A stretch of DNA of 59,595 nucleotides from Terrimicrobiaceae bacterium (GCA_041752695.1 JBGSVZ010000123.1:1-59595), one strand, 5' to 3'. Positions 1 through 9,962 are shown, counted from the first letter of the stretch. The notes: a model not told the origin generated them from the sequence alone. Program-made: numbers and translations.

Positions 1-272
1 ATCAACGCGCCCAGCGCCATTGCCACGAGGGCCGCCGCCAGCATCCAGGAAAAGCCATGCCGCACCCCAAGCCGGCCGGCCGGCACCATCGCGACCGTTG
101 CGGCCACCAGGTAGGCGGCGGGTACCAACGAAACCACTCCCGCCAATCCTGCGACCTCCCGCCCCATCACCGGAAGCGCTGTCGCTGTCATGCAGTTTTC
201 GAACTGATACAGAAATGCCATCAAGCCCGCACAGACCGCGACGCGGCGGGAAATGTCGGCAGGTTCAGGCAT
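1..272 (-). CDS. MFS transporter (DHA2/EmrB-like), N-terminal part; runs off the window edge
   Basis: Not in the ORF track. Manual translation from ATG 272: MPEPADISRRVAVCAGLMAFLYQFENCMTATALPVMGREVAG...AYLVAATVAMVPAGRLGVRHG. Hydrophobic helices, 'ALP' in TM1 and a motif-A-like 'GRLGVRHG'. Confidence 0.7.
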   Translation of the reverse strand, partial: MPEPADISRRVAVCAGLMAFLYQFENCMTATALPVMGREVAGLAGVVSLVPAAYLVAATVAMVPAGRLGVRHGFSWMLAAALVAMALGAL

Positions 273-483
273 GGCTGTCTTTGTGTATCCGTTGTTTCCA
301 GAAAACCTATCGGAAAAGCCGCAGGGCTGTCGGACCCCGCCGTTTTGCTCCCTCCACGGAAAACGACCGCCTTCGCGTTGTCAGGCGAGGACGTGCCGGA
401 AACCTGCGAAGTTCTGTTTTCTCGAACGATCCGTGCCAAACGTCGTCATTTTCAAAATATGCCAACCCGGGCAGGGTATCGCC

Positions 484-912
484 ATGGAAACACCGCATAA
501 GCCCCGCATTCATCGCGCGGAGTCTCTTTATCTTCACGGATCGCCCGGCAAGGCGATTTCGTTGGACGAGTATATTGAAACCGCCCGGACGGAAACCACT
601 GCCGCAGACCTCCACGAACTGGGGGAATTTCGCGAGGAGATCCTGGCGAAACTTGAAACTCCCCAGGCGCGCCAGCATCATGATCTGCTGGAAGGCGTCC
701 ACCTGTTGTTGGAGTTCGCCACGTCGGAATCCGCCACGCAGGCCACCGATCCCCTCCCCAAAGCTCTGGGCGAAGCGACGGTGGCCCTCCGCTATTTTCT
801 CAAGGGTGTCGACCTGATTCCCGATATGATTCCGGAAATCGGTCTCACCGACGACGCCCGTTTGGTCGCCCGCGTTCTGGCCCGCAATCCCGAATTTCGG
901 AGGGCGGGTTAG
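484..912 (+). CDS. YkvA/DUF1232 family protein
   Basis: C-terminal 'ALRYFLKGVDLIPDMIPEIGLTDD' matches the DUF1232 Y..P.DLIPD.IP..G..DD signature. ATG 484 preferred over 253. Confidence 0.8.
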   Translation: METPHKPRIHRAESLYLHGSPGKAISLDEYIETARTETTAADLHELGEFREEILAKLETPQARQHHDLLEGVHLLLEFATSESATQATDPLPKALGEATVALRYFLKGVDLIPDMIPEIGLTDDARLVARVLARNPEFRRAG

Positions 913-915
913 CAG

Positions 916-2226
916 CTACGGGACGGACTCCTCAGTGGGGCCAATGCCGCTATACGTCGCAAACCACTTCTGCAAATCGCGCACCGCATAGGCAAATGTT
1001 CCGCGATGATTGGCTTTCTTTCCTGCGAAGATCGCCTCGGCCGGAGCACCTCCGAGGGTTCGCTGGTATTCGACCGGCAAGGTGACCATGTAAGGCGTCA
1101 CGACTTCGTCGATTTCCCCATAATAAAAGCGGGAGGGTGTTTTGAAACGCCACGTATAATTGCGATTGGCCTGAAGGGTCTGGAAAAAGCGATTGCCGAC
1201 GAGGCTGCCCTCCTCCACGAACTCGTCGGTGAGCAGTTCCCGCGTGGTCGCGGGGAAAACTTTTGCCGCCTGTTCCCACGTGATGCGGTTTTCATACAAA
1301 TCGCGGGCGGTTTGCCGGTAGGCAGGCCGAATCGCGACAGCCGACAGTCCGGGAAGGTGGTAATATCGTTCGTAGGAATGGATGAGCAGGGCGGCCGCTC
1401 CCCCGAGCCACTGGACATCAAGTGCAGACGGGCAGTGGATCCAGCGGTTTACGCAAAGATAGAGGTCGTTCGGGGAACTGGCCACCGCGGCTGCCGTGAC
1501 AGGTTCGCCGATGATCTCGAGCCGATTGAGCAAGACCATCGTGTTGAAAGATCCCTGCGACCAGCCGTGGAGAAACAAGCCTTCGGTGGCGACGTTTTTT
1601 TCGGCGAGGATCGACCGCGCGGCCAGCACCATGTCGAGACAGGCCTGGGCGGAGCTGTCTTTTACCAAATAGCTGTCAGGCCGGGTGGACGAGCCTTTGC
1701 CCAAGTAGTCCGCCGCGATGACAACATATCCTTGCGAGGCGAAGGCTGCGATCACCAGGCGGGTTTCCATGGACTTGTCCGGAAACGAGGGCACTTCATC
1801 GCGGGAAAATACCGTGCCATGCTGGTAGGAAAGAAGAGGCGCCGCAGCAGGCCGGTGCACCGGAATGGCAATCAGTCCGCTGGCTTGCACGGGGCGGTTG
1901 TTGTCCTCGGGCACCACGGTTGGATACAGGACCCGATAGAGTTCGACGGCGCTTTTCGCCCGGGGATAAGAGACGGCGAAAGTCGTAAAATCGGCGAACT
2001 CCGTCGTGAGAATGGCGTTTAATCGTGCCAGGTCATACGTGCCGATCCGTTCGTACGCGATCTTGCCGGGGCCCCCTCGGGCGTCTGCTGCGGATCCCAC
2101 CTGGCCCGGGAGGGCAAAGCCTCCGGCGCAGGCCAACAACAGGAACCTTCTCACGGTTCGAGAAAACACCCCGAACACCGAACATACAAGCGGAAGGTTG
2201 GGGCGGTCCCCCCTCCGAAGACCCAA
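916..2226 (-). CDS. Secreted alpha/beta-hydrolase (secretory lipase-like)
   Basis: 'SYQHGT', 'GYVVIAADYLGKG', nucleophile elbow 'GWSQG', 'DEVV' and a C-terminal His. Signal-like 'RRFLLLACAGGFAL'; the true start is probably near 2154-2178. Confidence 0.75.
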   Translation of the reverse strand: MGLRRGDRPNLPLVCSVFGVFSRTVRRFLLLACAGGFALPGQVGSAADARGGPGKIAYERIGTYDLARLNAILTTEFADFTTFAVSYPRAKSAVELYRVLYPTVVPEDNNRPVQASGLIAIPVHRPAAAPLLSYQHGTVFSRDEVPSFPDKSMETRLVIAAFASQGYVVIAADYLGKGSSTRPDSYLVKDSSAQACLDMVLAARSILAEKNVATEGLFLHGWSQGSFNTMVLLNRLEIIGEPVTAAAVASSPNDLYLCVNRWIHCPSALDVQWLGGAAALLIHSYERYYHLPGLSAVAIRPAYRQTARDLYENRITWEQAAKVFPATTRELLTDEFVEEGSLVGNRFFQTLQANRNYTWRFKTPSRFYYGEIDEVVTPYMVTLPVEYQRTLGGAPAEAIFAGKKANHRGTFAYAVRDLQKWFATYSGIGPTEESVP

Positions 2227-2423
2227 CGTCCCCAGGCTCCGGCGCCCCCATTACCGTGCTGGTTCATTGCCTGGCTGACCCGGCTGATGAACTCCTCTTT
2301 CGTGCGACGCTCGATAGATCTCCGGGGATTTTGCGCGTTTCCCCGAACCAGGGACGGCATGGTTTTTTGCTGTCCGGTGGGAGGTAAGACGGACGACCTC
2401 CGCGGAGTGGGACAATGAAAAAT

Positions 2424-3743
2424 TCAGGGCGTGCCGTAGAGCTCCCCGCCGTTCTGGGAGGATTTGCCGTAGAAATCATTCATGGCGCGATAACCATCAA
2501 AAAAGGTCCGGGTTATGGGCAAGGTCTTGCCGTAGCTGGCGTTTTTGACGGCGCTGGAAAGACCGTAGCCGGCTTCGTCGGCATATCCTCCCGCAAAGGC
2601 GCCCCCTTGGAAATTGGGTGCCGGGCCCCCAACCTGAACATTAACGTTGTTGCCCTTCCAGTATTCGTCACACCACCCGAAGATAAACCCGCCGGCACAG
2701 ACCTGATCGGCTCCGGCACCGACATTGGTCTTAATCGCGGTCCACTCGGAGGTGAGAAAATCTCCCACCGGAATGGCTGCAAAATACGGCTGTCCCTGTC
2801 CCATTTGCTTCTTTCGGACATCGTCCAGATTCCGGATCGGCGTGGTGACATTCTGGCCATAAACGGCCGCAGTGCGCGTGGTGTGTGGAGTGCCCCATTC
2901 GCCCAGAAGCAACGGCTTCACTTTACCGAGGTCGCTCATGACCTGTTTGTATTGAGGGAATACCAGGTTTCCCGTTCCTCCGAGTTCGGGGCCGCGGTAC
3001 ACATTTATCATCCAGGAATCCAGGTTGGTCAGGGCTCCGGAATTTTCGCCATTGGTAATGGCGGGCCAGTTGTCCACGGGGGTGTAGTTATCGACGATGG
3101 CCGTCGAGATAAAGGGGTCTTTGCCCTGGCTAAGACCGGCGGTGTGGACGGCATCGACCAACGATCCATAGTTGGTCCAAAAGGTGGGGTTGCTTTCCTG
3201 TCCACCGGTAATCTCATTGCCGACCAGGTAGCCGAAGACGGCCGGGTGATTGACCGTGCTTTTCACCATGGCGTTGTAGTCGGTGATATATTGCTGCAAT
3301 GCGGCCCCGCCTCCGGCGATGACGCCGCCTTGCGTGTAGGACATCATAACAACATAGATGGGGTTTTTGCCATTATTGTAGCAGTAGTCGAGGAACTGCT
3401 TCCAATTGCCGCTGGTCCCTGGCGCCCCGGCGTTCAAGGCAGGATTGCCGGCGTAGAGCTTGATCACGTTCACGTCGGCCGTACGCATCTTGTCGAGGTC
3501 CGGCTTCCAGACGTTGTCGTAGAGTTTGACAAAATAATCGCCATACGGCTGGTCGCTCGGAGCGACTCCGATCGGCACCGGCGAGTAATTCACGCCCTTC
3601 GCCACGTAAAGAGCACCGTTGACTTTCACCTTGAAGCCGTCCGCGGTTACCGTGGCGGCTTGGACCGAACTCAAAGTGGTCAGGGCCAAAATGGCGGTCG
3701 ATAACGTGCCGGCCCAACCTTGATAGAATGCAGTGGCTTTCAT
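2424..3743 (-). CDS. Secreted clan GH-A glycoside hydrolase (GH72/GH2/GH158-like TIM barrel)
   Basis: Signal peptide from ATG 3743; 'AKGVNYSP', 'VNVIKLY', acid/base 'VGNEI', nucleophile 'LGEWG', 'GGFIFGWCDEYWK'. Confidence 0.7.
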   Translation of the reverse strand: MKATAFYQGWAGTLSTAILALTTLSSVQAATVTADGFKVKVNGALYVAKGVNYSPVPIGVAPSDQPYGDYFVKLYDNVWKPDLDKMRTADVNVIKLYAGNPALNAGAPGTSGNWKQFLDYCYNNGKNPIYVVMMSYTQGGVIAGGGAALQQYITDYNAMVKSTVNHPAVFGYLVGNEITGGQESNPTFWTNYGSLVDAVHTAGLSQGKDPFISTAIVDNYTPVDNWPAITNGENSGALTNLDSWMINVYRGPELGGTGNLVFPQYKQVMSDLGKVKPLLLGEWGTPHTTRTAAVYGQNVTTPIRNLDDVRKKQMGQGQPYFAAIPVGDFLTSEWTAIKTNVGAGADQVCAGGFIFGWCDEYWKGNNVNVQVGGPAPNFQGGAFAGGYADEAGYGLSSAVKNASYGKTLPITRTFFDGYRAMNDFYGKSSQNGGELYGTP

Positions 3744-3895
3744 GACCGAGCCTTTAGCGTTGTGGATGCCAGAAGTCAGGCTTTTTTTCGCGGCCAGCCC
3801 TTCCTGATACCATGAACTCACTCGCTGGGGCGGTCACGCGAAAGGGCCAGGAAAGAGAATGCAAGTTAGGAAATATGGGACTGACCCCCAGGGAA

Positions 3896-4384
3896 TTACG
3901 AGGTGCTTTCGAGCCCCGCGGCGACTTGGGCGAAGGATTCCAGTCGCTTGGGTTCGATGCGGTCGAGTTGGTCCCTGGCCCGGTCGACCAACCCCGGGAG
4001 GTCAAGGCCCTGGCGCGCGGGGAAGGTGTCGGGGAGCGACTCGAGGGATTTCCAAAGGCATAGTTTGCCCTGCACACCGAGGGTCAGCGCCTCCAGGAAT
4101 TCCAAATTGGCAAGGGGATCGGCGGAGGCGCCCAGTTTGAGGCGGGCCATTTTTTCCGCGACCCAGGCCCCGACTTTTTTGGGCAGACTTTCTTTGGCGC
4201 CGAGACGCTCGATGAGGGTCTCCAGAACGGTCTGATCCTCCGCGATGTCGCGGTCGAGTTGGAAGTAAAACGCCTGGTCGGGGTCATCGTCGGAGATCGC
4301 CTTGGCGAGCATCTCGCGCGCGGTGACCGAGCCCGCGTGGTGATCCTGAAGGTACGTGCAAAGTTTGGTGGAAACGACGTTCAC
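3896..4384 (-). CDS. Conserved hypothetical helical-bundle (ferritin-like) protein
   Basis: 'YLQDHHAGS...LEFLEALTLGVQGKLCLWKSL' pattern; all-helical composition; co-oriented with ppgK. Confidence 0.6.
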   Translation of the reverse strand: MNVVSTKLCTYLQDHHAGSVTAREMLAKAISDDDPDQAFYFQLDRDIAEDQTVLETLIERLGAKESLPKKVGAWVAEKMARLKLGASADPLANLEFLEALTLGVQGKLCLWKSLESLPDTFPARQGLDLPGLVDRARDQLDRIEPKRLESFAQVAAGLESTS

Positions 4385-4462
4385 ATCCCCCCATCGCCTC
4401 GGGCGTGTCGTTTGCGGGTACCTTGTGTCGCCCTGATGGCAAGCCGCGGTTTCCCCGGAGTA

Positions 4463-5215
4463 TTACGCGGGTGGCGTGGACTGGCTGGCAAGGTAGGCGG
4501 CACCGATGATGCCGGCATCGTTGCGCATCTGGGCGGGAACGATGATCACCTCCGTCTTGGTGGTGAGGTAGGGGAAAAATTTGTCGGCCTTCTTGCTAAT
4601 GCCGCCGCCGATAATGAAGAGGTCGGGGGAAAAAAGGCGCTCCATATATTCGAGGAATTCCACGACGTATTTGGACCATTCTTTCCAGGAAAGGTCCTTG
4701 TCTTCGCGGACCTTTTCGGAAGCGCGCTTCTCGGCATCCTTCCCGCGAATCTGCAAATGGCCGAACTCGGTATTGGGGAGGAGTTTGCCATCGAGAAAAA
4801 CGGCGGATCCGATCCCGGTGCCGAGGGTTACCATGATGACAACCCCCTGACGGTCCTTGCCGGCCCCGAAACGCATCTCGGCGATGCCAGCGGCGTCGGC
4901 GTCGTTGACCACCGAAACGGGGCCTCCCACGTGTCGGGAGAAAAGCTCCCCGGCGTTGGTGCCGATCCAGGAGGCATCGACGTTGGCCGCGGTGTAGATC
5001 ACCCCTTTTTTGACGACGGCAGGGAAGGTGACCCCAGCCGGTCCCTGGTACGAAAAATGGGCGGCGATCTGCTTGACGACGTCGGCGACGGAGTTGGGGA
5101 GGGCCGGGTGCGGGGTCTCGATGCGGAGTCGTTCGGCGAGGAGTTCGCCCGTTTCCACATTCACCGGGGCGCCTTTGATGCCGGTTCCGCCGATGTCGAT
5201 GCCAAGATAGGTCAT
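4463..5215 (-). CDS. ppgK: Polyphosphate/ATP glucokinase (ROK family)
   Basis: '[14 protein letters not shown]', 'TAANVDASW', '[10 protein letters not shown]', 'TLGTGIGSA', 'PNTEFGH', '[12 protein letters not shown]'. Confidence 0.88.
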   Translation of the reverse strand: MTYLGIDIGGTGIKGAPVNVETGELLAERLRIETPHPALPNSVADVVKQIAAHFSYQGPAGVTFPAVVKKGVIYTAANVDASWIGTNAGELFSRHVGGPVSVVNDADAAGIAEMRFGAGKDRQGVVIMVTLGTGIGSAVFLDGKLLPNTEFGHLQIRGKDAEKRASEKVREDKDLSWKEWSKYVVEFLEYMERLFSPDLFIIGGGISKKADKFFPYLTTKTEVIIVPAQMRNDAGIIGAAYLASQSTPPA

Positions 5216-5418
5216 GGTTTGGGTGGGTTGCGGAAAAACCTAACGAGAGAGAGCCGCGGTGGCGAGTTTTCGTTTTTCTCGTCGAGCCGGGCGGGAAATT
5301 GGTCGGTTTTCTCGCCGCGTTCATCGAATAAAACTGCCATCTCGTCGGGAGAGTGGTAGTGCTGACCAAACTGGGCTCTGGTATATTCCTGATCCCCGCG
5401 AAACCAAGAACGATACCC

Positions 5419-7215
5419 ATGAAAACCTTCCGATTGGCGGCGCTTTCCCTCGCCGCCCTTGCCCTTCTGCCCGGCCTTGCTCAGGTCCAAGCTCTCACCG
5501 TCACGTTCACCAACCAGAACTCCGCGGCCGTTCCGAACAGCAACATCTGGGTCATGTTTGGAGGGCAGAACAACGGCACGCTCGCCGGCACGCTGACCTA
5601 CTCCGGGACGGCGCAGCCCATTGTCTTTGGAACCTCCTACCTGCTCAGCAATATCGCCAACCAGACCGCGCAACTCAGCGCGGCGACGGCGGGGAAAATC
5701 TGCATCGCTTATGGGGTTTCGATGACGGGAACGAGCACGCAACTGGGAAATCCCGATTTTCAGCCGAACAGCTCGGACCCTGTCTCGCAAGCGCGTTGGG
5801 ACAAAGTGGAGTATTCCCAATTCACGGGCACGTTGCCTTCCAGTGGCTGGAATCTTTCTGCGGCGGACTTTTTCAGCATCCCGCTTGAGATCAACACCTA
5901 TCTGAGCGGGATCCTGGTGGGCACCGAGGGCTGGCATCCCCTCACGCCGACCGCGACGGTTTTTCAAAGCCTGGGAAACCTCAGCTCGGGCAGCCCGTCC
6001 CAGGCTTACGCCGTCATTACAGGAACCACTCCTTCGGGAACGTTAAACAGTGTGCCGGTCACTTTCGGACAACAGACCCTGAAAATTCTCCGCATCATCA
6101 ATCCTAATAATGTCAGCACCGCGGTGGCCAATCCCTATAATAGTCTCGCACCCTATGTGGCATTCACGTCCACCTCGACGGGCGGACTGAATAGTGTGAC
6201 GGTGCACGGAACTTATGGGGGCGCTACTCCTCCTTCCGGCGCTGTGCTTCCGGCCGCGGCTTACAGCAACCAGGATTACGATTTTACCGGATCGATTTCC
6301 CCGGCGGGCGATCTGATTCTGACCGGTTCGGGCACGGCCAACATTAACACAGGGTCCAATCCCGTGGTAGGCGCGCAGACGCTGACCGTCCAAGCGGCGG
6401 ATCTGCCCAACGGCATCTATACCGGCACGCCGAACTATTATTTGAACTCTTATCAAAATGGCACGGTGGCTTTGCAGAACTCCAACTGTATCTACGATCA
6501 AGTGCTCTCCGACTATCTCGCGGGTATGAATATGGGACTGGTCGCGACCTCCGGGACAGATCCGCGCACGGGAGTGACCGCCGGGCAGGTTCTCGGTCTT
6601 GAGACGACGGACGCCTGGTATAGCACGGGACCGACTTATGGTGCGGATCAGCAGCTTACACCCGAGCAACTCTTCGGGACGCTTCAGCCGAAGGGAAACT
6701 ATTATAACCAATTCGCCGGTTATCTGGCGCCGATTTACGACGCGTACGGATTCCCTTATACAGACAAGCTGGCCAAACCCTTGCTCAATACGACGCCAGG
6801 CGCCGCGGATACCATTGAAATTGTCATCCTGCCGGACCAGGGCCAGGTCGCATCTGTTGAAACACCGGGGTCCCGTCAGTTGAATAAAAAGATCAGCCGC
6901 TTTGGTTCCACGAAATCCGCCCTTCGGGTGGATAGCCGGGCACGAGTTCAGGCTGACGATTTGAAGCTCCAGCTCAGCATTGACCATCCCACGATCGGAG
7001 ATCTGACGGTGCGTTTGATCTCGCCGCGGGGCAAAGTTTTCCGGATTCACAATCGGACGGGCGGCGAGGGCAACGACATTGCCTACGGAGCCACGCCGCT
7101 GGACGGAAACAGTGAGGTGGTCGTGAACGGAACGTGGCGTCTGGAAATCAAGGACAGGAACCGGCCCGTGGAAGGCCACCTCCTAAATTGGGCGCTGATT
7201 TTTCCGGAAGAGTAG
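5419..7215 (+). CDS. Secreted beta-1,3-glucanase (GH64/thaumatin-like) domain protein with C-terminal proprotein-convertase P domain
   Basis: Signal peptide MKTFRLAALSLAALALLPGLAQVQA; 'WDKVEY', 'DFFSIP', 'YYNQFA...AYGFPYTD' (GH64-like). C-terminal 'IDHPTIGDLTVRLISPRG...NGTWRLEIKD...GHLLNWALIF' is a P_proprotein domain. Confidence 0.65.
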   Translation: MKTFRLAALSLAALALLPGLAQVQALTVTFTNQNSAAVPNSNIWVMFGGQNNGTLAGTLTYSGTAQPIVFGTSYLLSNIANQTAQLSAATAGKICIAYGVSMTGTSTQLGNPDFQPNSSDPVSQARWDKVEYSQFTGTLPSSGWNLSAADFFSIPLEINTYLSGILVGTEGWHPLTPTATVFQSLGNLSSGSPSQAYAVITGTTPSGTLNSVPVTFGQQTLKILRIINPNNVSTAVANPYNSLAPYVAFTSTSTGGLNSVTVHGTYGGATPPSGAVLPAAAYSNQDYDFTGSISPAGDLILTGSGTANINTGSNPVVGAQTLTVQAADLPNGIYTGTPNYYLNSYQNGTVALQNSNCIYDQVLSDYLAGMNMGLVATSGTDPRTGVTAGQVLGLETTDAWYSTGPTYGADQQLTPEQLFGTLQPKGNYYNQFAGYLAPIYDAYGFPYTDKLAKPLLNTTPGAADTIEIVILPDQGQVASVETPGSRQLNKKISRFGSTKSALRVDSRARVQADDLKLQLSIDHPTIGDLTVRLISPRGKVFRIHNRTGGEGNDIAYGATPLDGNSEVVVNGTWRLEIKDRNRPVEGHLLNWALIFPEE

Positions 7216-7221
7216 GCCGGG

Positions 7222-8697
7222 TTACATTTTCGCAAACCACCCCAGGCGATCGCTGGAGAGGTTGGTGTTGATTTGTTTAAGCTCCGTGTAGGCGTCGTAG
7301 CCTGCGGTGCCGAGTTCGCGCCCAAAGCCGCTTTGTTTGTACCCGCCCCAGGGAGCCTCGTTGAAGGTGAGGTGGAAGGTGTTGATCCAGGTAACGCCGG
7401 CTCGCAGCCTCCGGATAAACCGCTGGGCGCGCGCACCGTCTTTGGTGAATACCGCGCCGGCCAGGCCGTAGGGCGTGTCGTTGGCTTTGCGAATGGCCTC
7501 TTCCTCACTTTCGAAGGTGTCCACCACCACCACCGGGCCGAAAATCTCGTCACGCACGATGCGGGAGGTGACGGGAGCATTTCGAAAAATGGTGGGCTGG
7601 ACAAAGTTGCCCAGGGCGCGGTCGTCGTCGTAGGCCTCTCCGCCGCAGAGTAACTCCGCGCCGTCGTCGAGTCCGCTCCGGATGCAGCCGAGTACTTTTT
7701 CCTGGTGGGCGCGTGTGATGAGTGGCCCCATTTCGGTGCCGTCGCCGAGGCCATGGCCGACGACGATTTTTTGGGTGGCCGCGACCATCTTTTCCAGGAA
7801 GGCCTCCGCCATTCCGCGCTCGAGAAAGAGTCGGGAGCCGGCATTGCAGACCTCTCCCTGACCGGCAAAAATTCCGAACATGGCATACTCCACCGCAACC
7901 TCGAGATCGACGTCGCCAAACATCACAATCGGGCTCTTGCCCCCCAGTTCAAGGGTGACCCGTTTGAGATTGCCCGTGGCCGCCTGCATGATTTTGCGAC
8001 CGGTCACGGTGCCGCCGGTGAAGGCGATTTTATCCACCGAGTGGCTGGCGGCGAGGGTCGAGCCGCACGGGTCGCCAGCGCCGTATACCAGCTGGACTGC
8101 CCCGGGAGGAAATCCGACCTCGTCGATGAGTTCAAAGAGGAGCTGCGCGCTCCACGGCGTGGCTTCCGCGGGCTTGAGGATGCAGCAGTTGCCTGCGGCG
8201 AGGCCGGGCGCGAGCTTCCACGCCGCCATCAGCACCGGGTAATTCCAGGGGATGATCTGCCCACAAACCCCGATGGGCTCCCGCACGGACTGGGACAAAA
8301 TATTGGGATCGCCCACTTCATAGGTCTGCCCGTGCGGTTTGGTCGCTAGTCCGGCAAAATAGCGGAAACATCCAGCGGTATCCGCCGCGTCGAAACGGGC
8401 TTCGCGCAGCGGCTTGCCGTTGTTCAGCGTGTCCCGGCGGGCGAACTCCTCCGCGTTCTTCTCGATGAGATCCGCGAGTTTAAATAGCCGGGCGGCACGC
8501 TCACCTGCCGGTGTCAACGGCCACGGACCATCGTCGAACGCCTGGCGGGCGGCGGAGATGGCAGCTTCGACATCCTCCGTTTCCGACTCCGTGGCCTCGC
8601 CCAGAACGGTGTTGTCCGCGGGGTTGAGGTAGGAACGCGTGCGGCCGGACCGGGCGGGAACGAACTGCCCGTTGATGTAGTTGAGAAGGGGCTTCAT
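7222..8697 (-). CDS. Aldehyde dehydrogenase (betaine-aldehyde dehydrogenase-like)
   Basis: 'IIPWNYP', 'KPAE', 'FTGG', 'LELGGKSP', catalytic Cys in 'GEVCNAGSR', 'EIFGPV', 'GGYKQSGFGRE'. Confidence 0.93.
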   Translation of the reverse strand: MKPLLNYINGQFVPARSGRTRSYLNPADNTVLGEATESETEDVEAAISAARQAFDDGPWPLTPAGERAARLFKLADLIEKNAEEFARRDTLNNGKPLREARFDAADTAGCFRYFAGLATKPHGQTYEVGDPNILSQSVREPIGVCGQIIPWNYPVLMAAWKLAPGLAAGNCCILKPAEATPWSAQLLFELIDEVGFPPGAVQLVYGAGDPCGSTLAASHSVDKIAFTGGTVTGRKIMQAATGNLKRVTLELGGKSPIVMFGDVDLEVAVEYAMFGIFAGQGEVCNAGSRLFLERGMAEAFLEKMVAATQKIVVGHGLGDGTEMGPLITRAHQEKVLGCIRSGLDDGAELLCGGEAYDDDRALGNFVQPTIFRNAPVTSRIVRDEIFGPVVVVDTFESEEEAIRKANDTPYGLAGAVFTKDGARAQRFIRRLRAGVTWINTFHLTFNEAPWGGYKQSGFGRELGTAGYDAYTELKQINTNLSSDRLGWFAKM

Positions 8698-8711
8698 GGC
8701 CCCACCCTAGC

Positions 8712-8924
8712 TCAGGGGTTGCCCTTCCACAATGCCGCGTCGATGATCGCCCAAAGGTGGATGATCCAGCCCATCAGAATGATCCAGAGCAATCCGGCGG
8801 CCACGAAAAAGATCAGCGCCCGGATGGGCCGTCCCTGAATGAGTTGGCCCAGGCCGGGAATGAAAAAACTGGCCAGCGCCGCGATGACATTGCCTGTGGA
8901 TCCTTGACCGGGTTCAGTGCTCAT
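8712..8924 (-). CDS. Small membrane protein (TM2/DUF5683-like)
   Basis: 'AALASFFIPGLGQLIQGR' followed by a hydrophobic hairpin; ATG 8924. Confidence 0.75.
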   Translation of the reverse strand: MSTEPGQGSTGNVIAALASFFIPGLGQLIQGRPIRALIFFVAAGLLWIILMGWIIHLWAIIDAALWKGNP

Positions 8925-8967
8925 GATGAGAAAACGTTGCCGCAATCTCCGGCGGCTGTCCAGCGCT

Positions 8968-9738
8968 TCAACTTGCGCCCTTGGTCACGGAAAATCCCGC
9001 CAGCAATTGGTGCACAATGCCGCCTGTCACGTGCTCGGCGACCTCATCAATGAACCTTTGAAAATCCAGCGCCGCCGCATGGTCCGCCTGGTCGGATATG
9101 ACGCGGACGACCGAAAACGGCACGCCCCCCATTTCGTAACAGATCTGGGCAACAGCCGCGCCTTCCATCTCGGTGCACAGAGCGTCCGGCAGCGCCTCGC
9201 GCAGGGCGGCGGTTCGGGCGGGGTCGGCAATGAACTGATCCCCGCTCACCACCAGGCCCTGATAAACCCGTGGTTCCGTGAGCCCGAAACGCGCCCGGCA
9301 TTCCCCGCTTACATCCTGCAAAAATTGCCCGCCCAGATACTGCTCCGCGGCGACGGCGGTCTCGGTGTGCAGCACCGCGGCAAACTCCGTCCTGGCTAGG
9401 AGGGGAATCTCAAAGCGGGGAAAAAGCGGACGCGCGTCCATGTCGTGCTGGATCAGGCGGTCGGCGATCACCACATCGCCAATGCGCAGTCGCGGATCCA
9501 CCCCGCCGGCCACCCCGGTAAAAACAATGTGCGAACAGCCGAATCGCTCCAACAGGAGGAGGGTCGTCGCCGCTGCGGAAACTTTACCCACCCGGGAAAG
9601 CCCAAGAACGATCTCCTGGCCACCCCACTCCCCTTCATAAAACGTCCGAAGCCCTGCCTCGACGGTGCGATGCACCGTCATGGACCGCACCATCAACGCC
9701 ACCTCCTGCGGCATTGCGCCAAGAATTCCGAATTTCAT
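8968..9738 (-). CDS. mtnN: 5'-methylthioadenosine/S-adenosylhomocysteine nucleosidase
   Basis: 'MKFGILGAMPQE', 'VGKVSAA', 'FTGVAGG', 'SGDQF', 'EMEGAAVAQ', 'RVISD'. Confidence 0.92.
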   Translation of the reverse strand: MKFGILGAMPQEVALMVRSMTVHRTVEAGLRTFYEGEWGGQEIVLGLSRVGKVSAAATTLLLLERFGCSHIVFTGVAGGVDPRLRIGDVVIADRLIQHDMDARPLFPRFEIPLLARTEFAAVLHTETAVAAEQYLGGQFLQDVSGECRARFGLTEPRVYQGLVVSGDQFIADPARTAALREALPDALCTEMEGAAVAQICYEMGGVPFSVVRVISDQADHAAALDFQRFIDEVAEHVTGGIVHQLLAGFSVTKGAS

Positions 9739-9962
9739 CGCATCACCCAAGCAGAGAACTCCCGGGTCGAGGAACAAATTTCGCAACTCTCCGGCGGATC
9801 CCTCTCTATGAGGAAAATCGGCGGGACGCTGTCCGTAGGCACCCCGCATCGATTTGCCCCGATTCGCGGGGCCGGACGATTTCCCTGGGGGCTATGGGGA
9901 TTCCCGAGTCCAGACGCCCGACGGACAGCTGCAGAAAATATCGTCCTCACTGCCGCTTTGTC

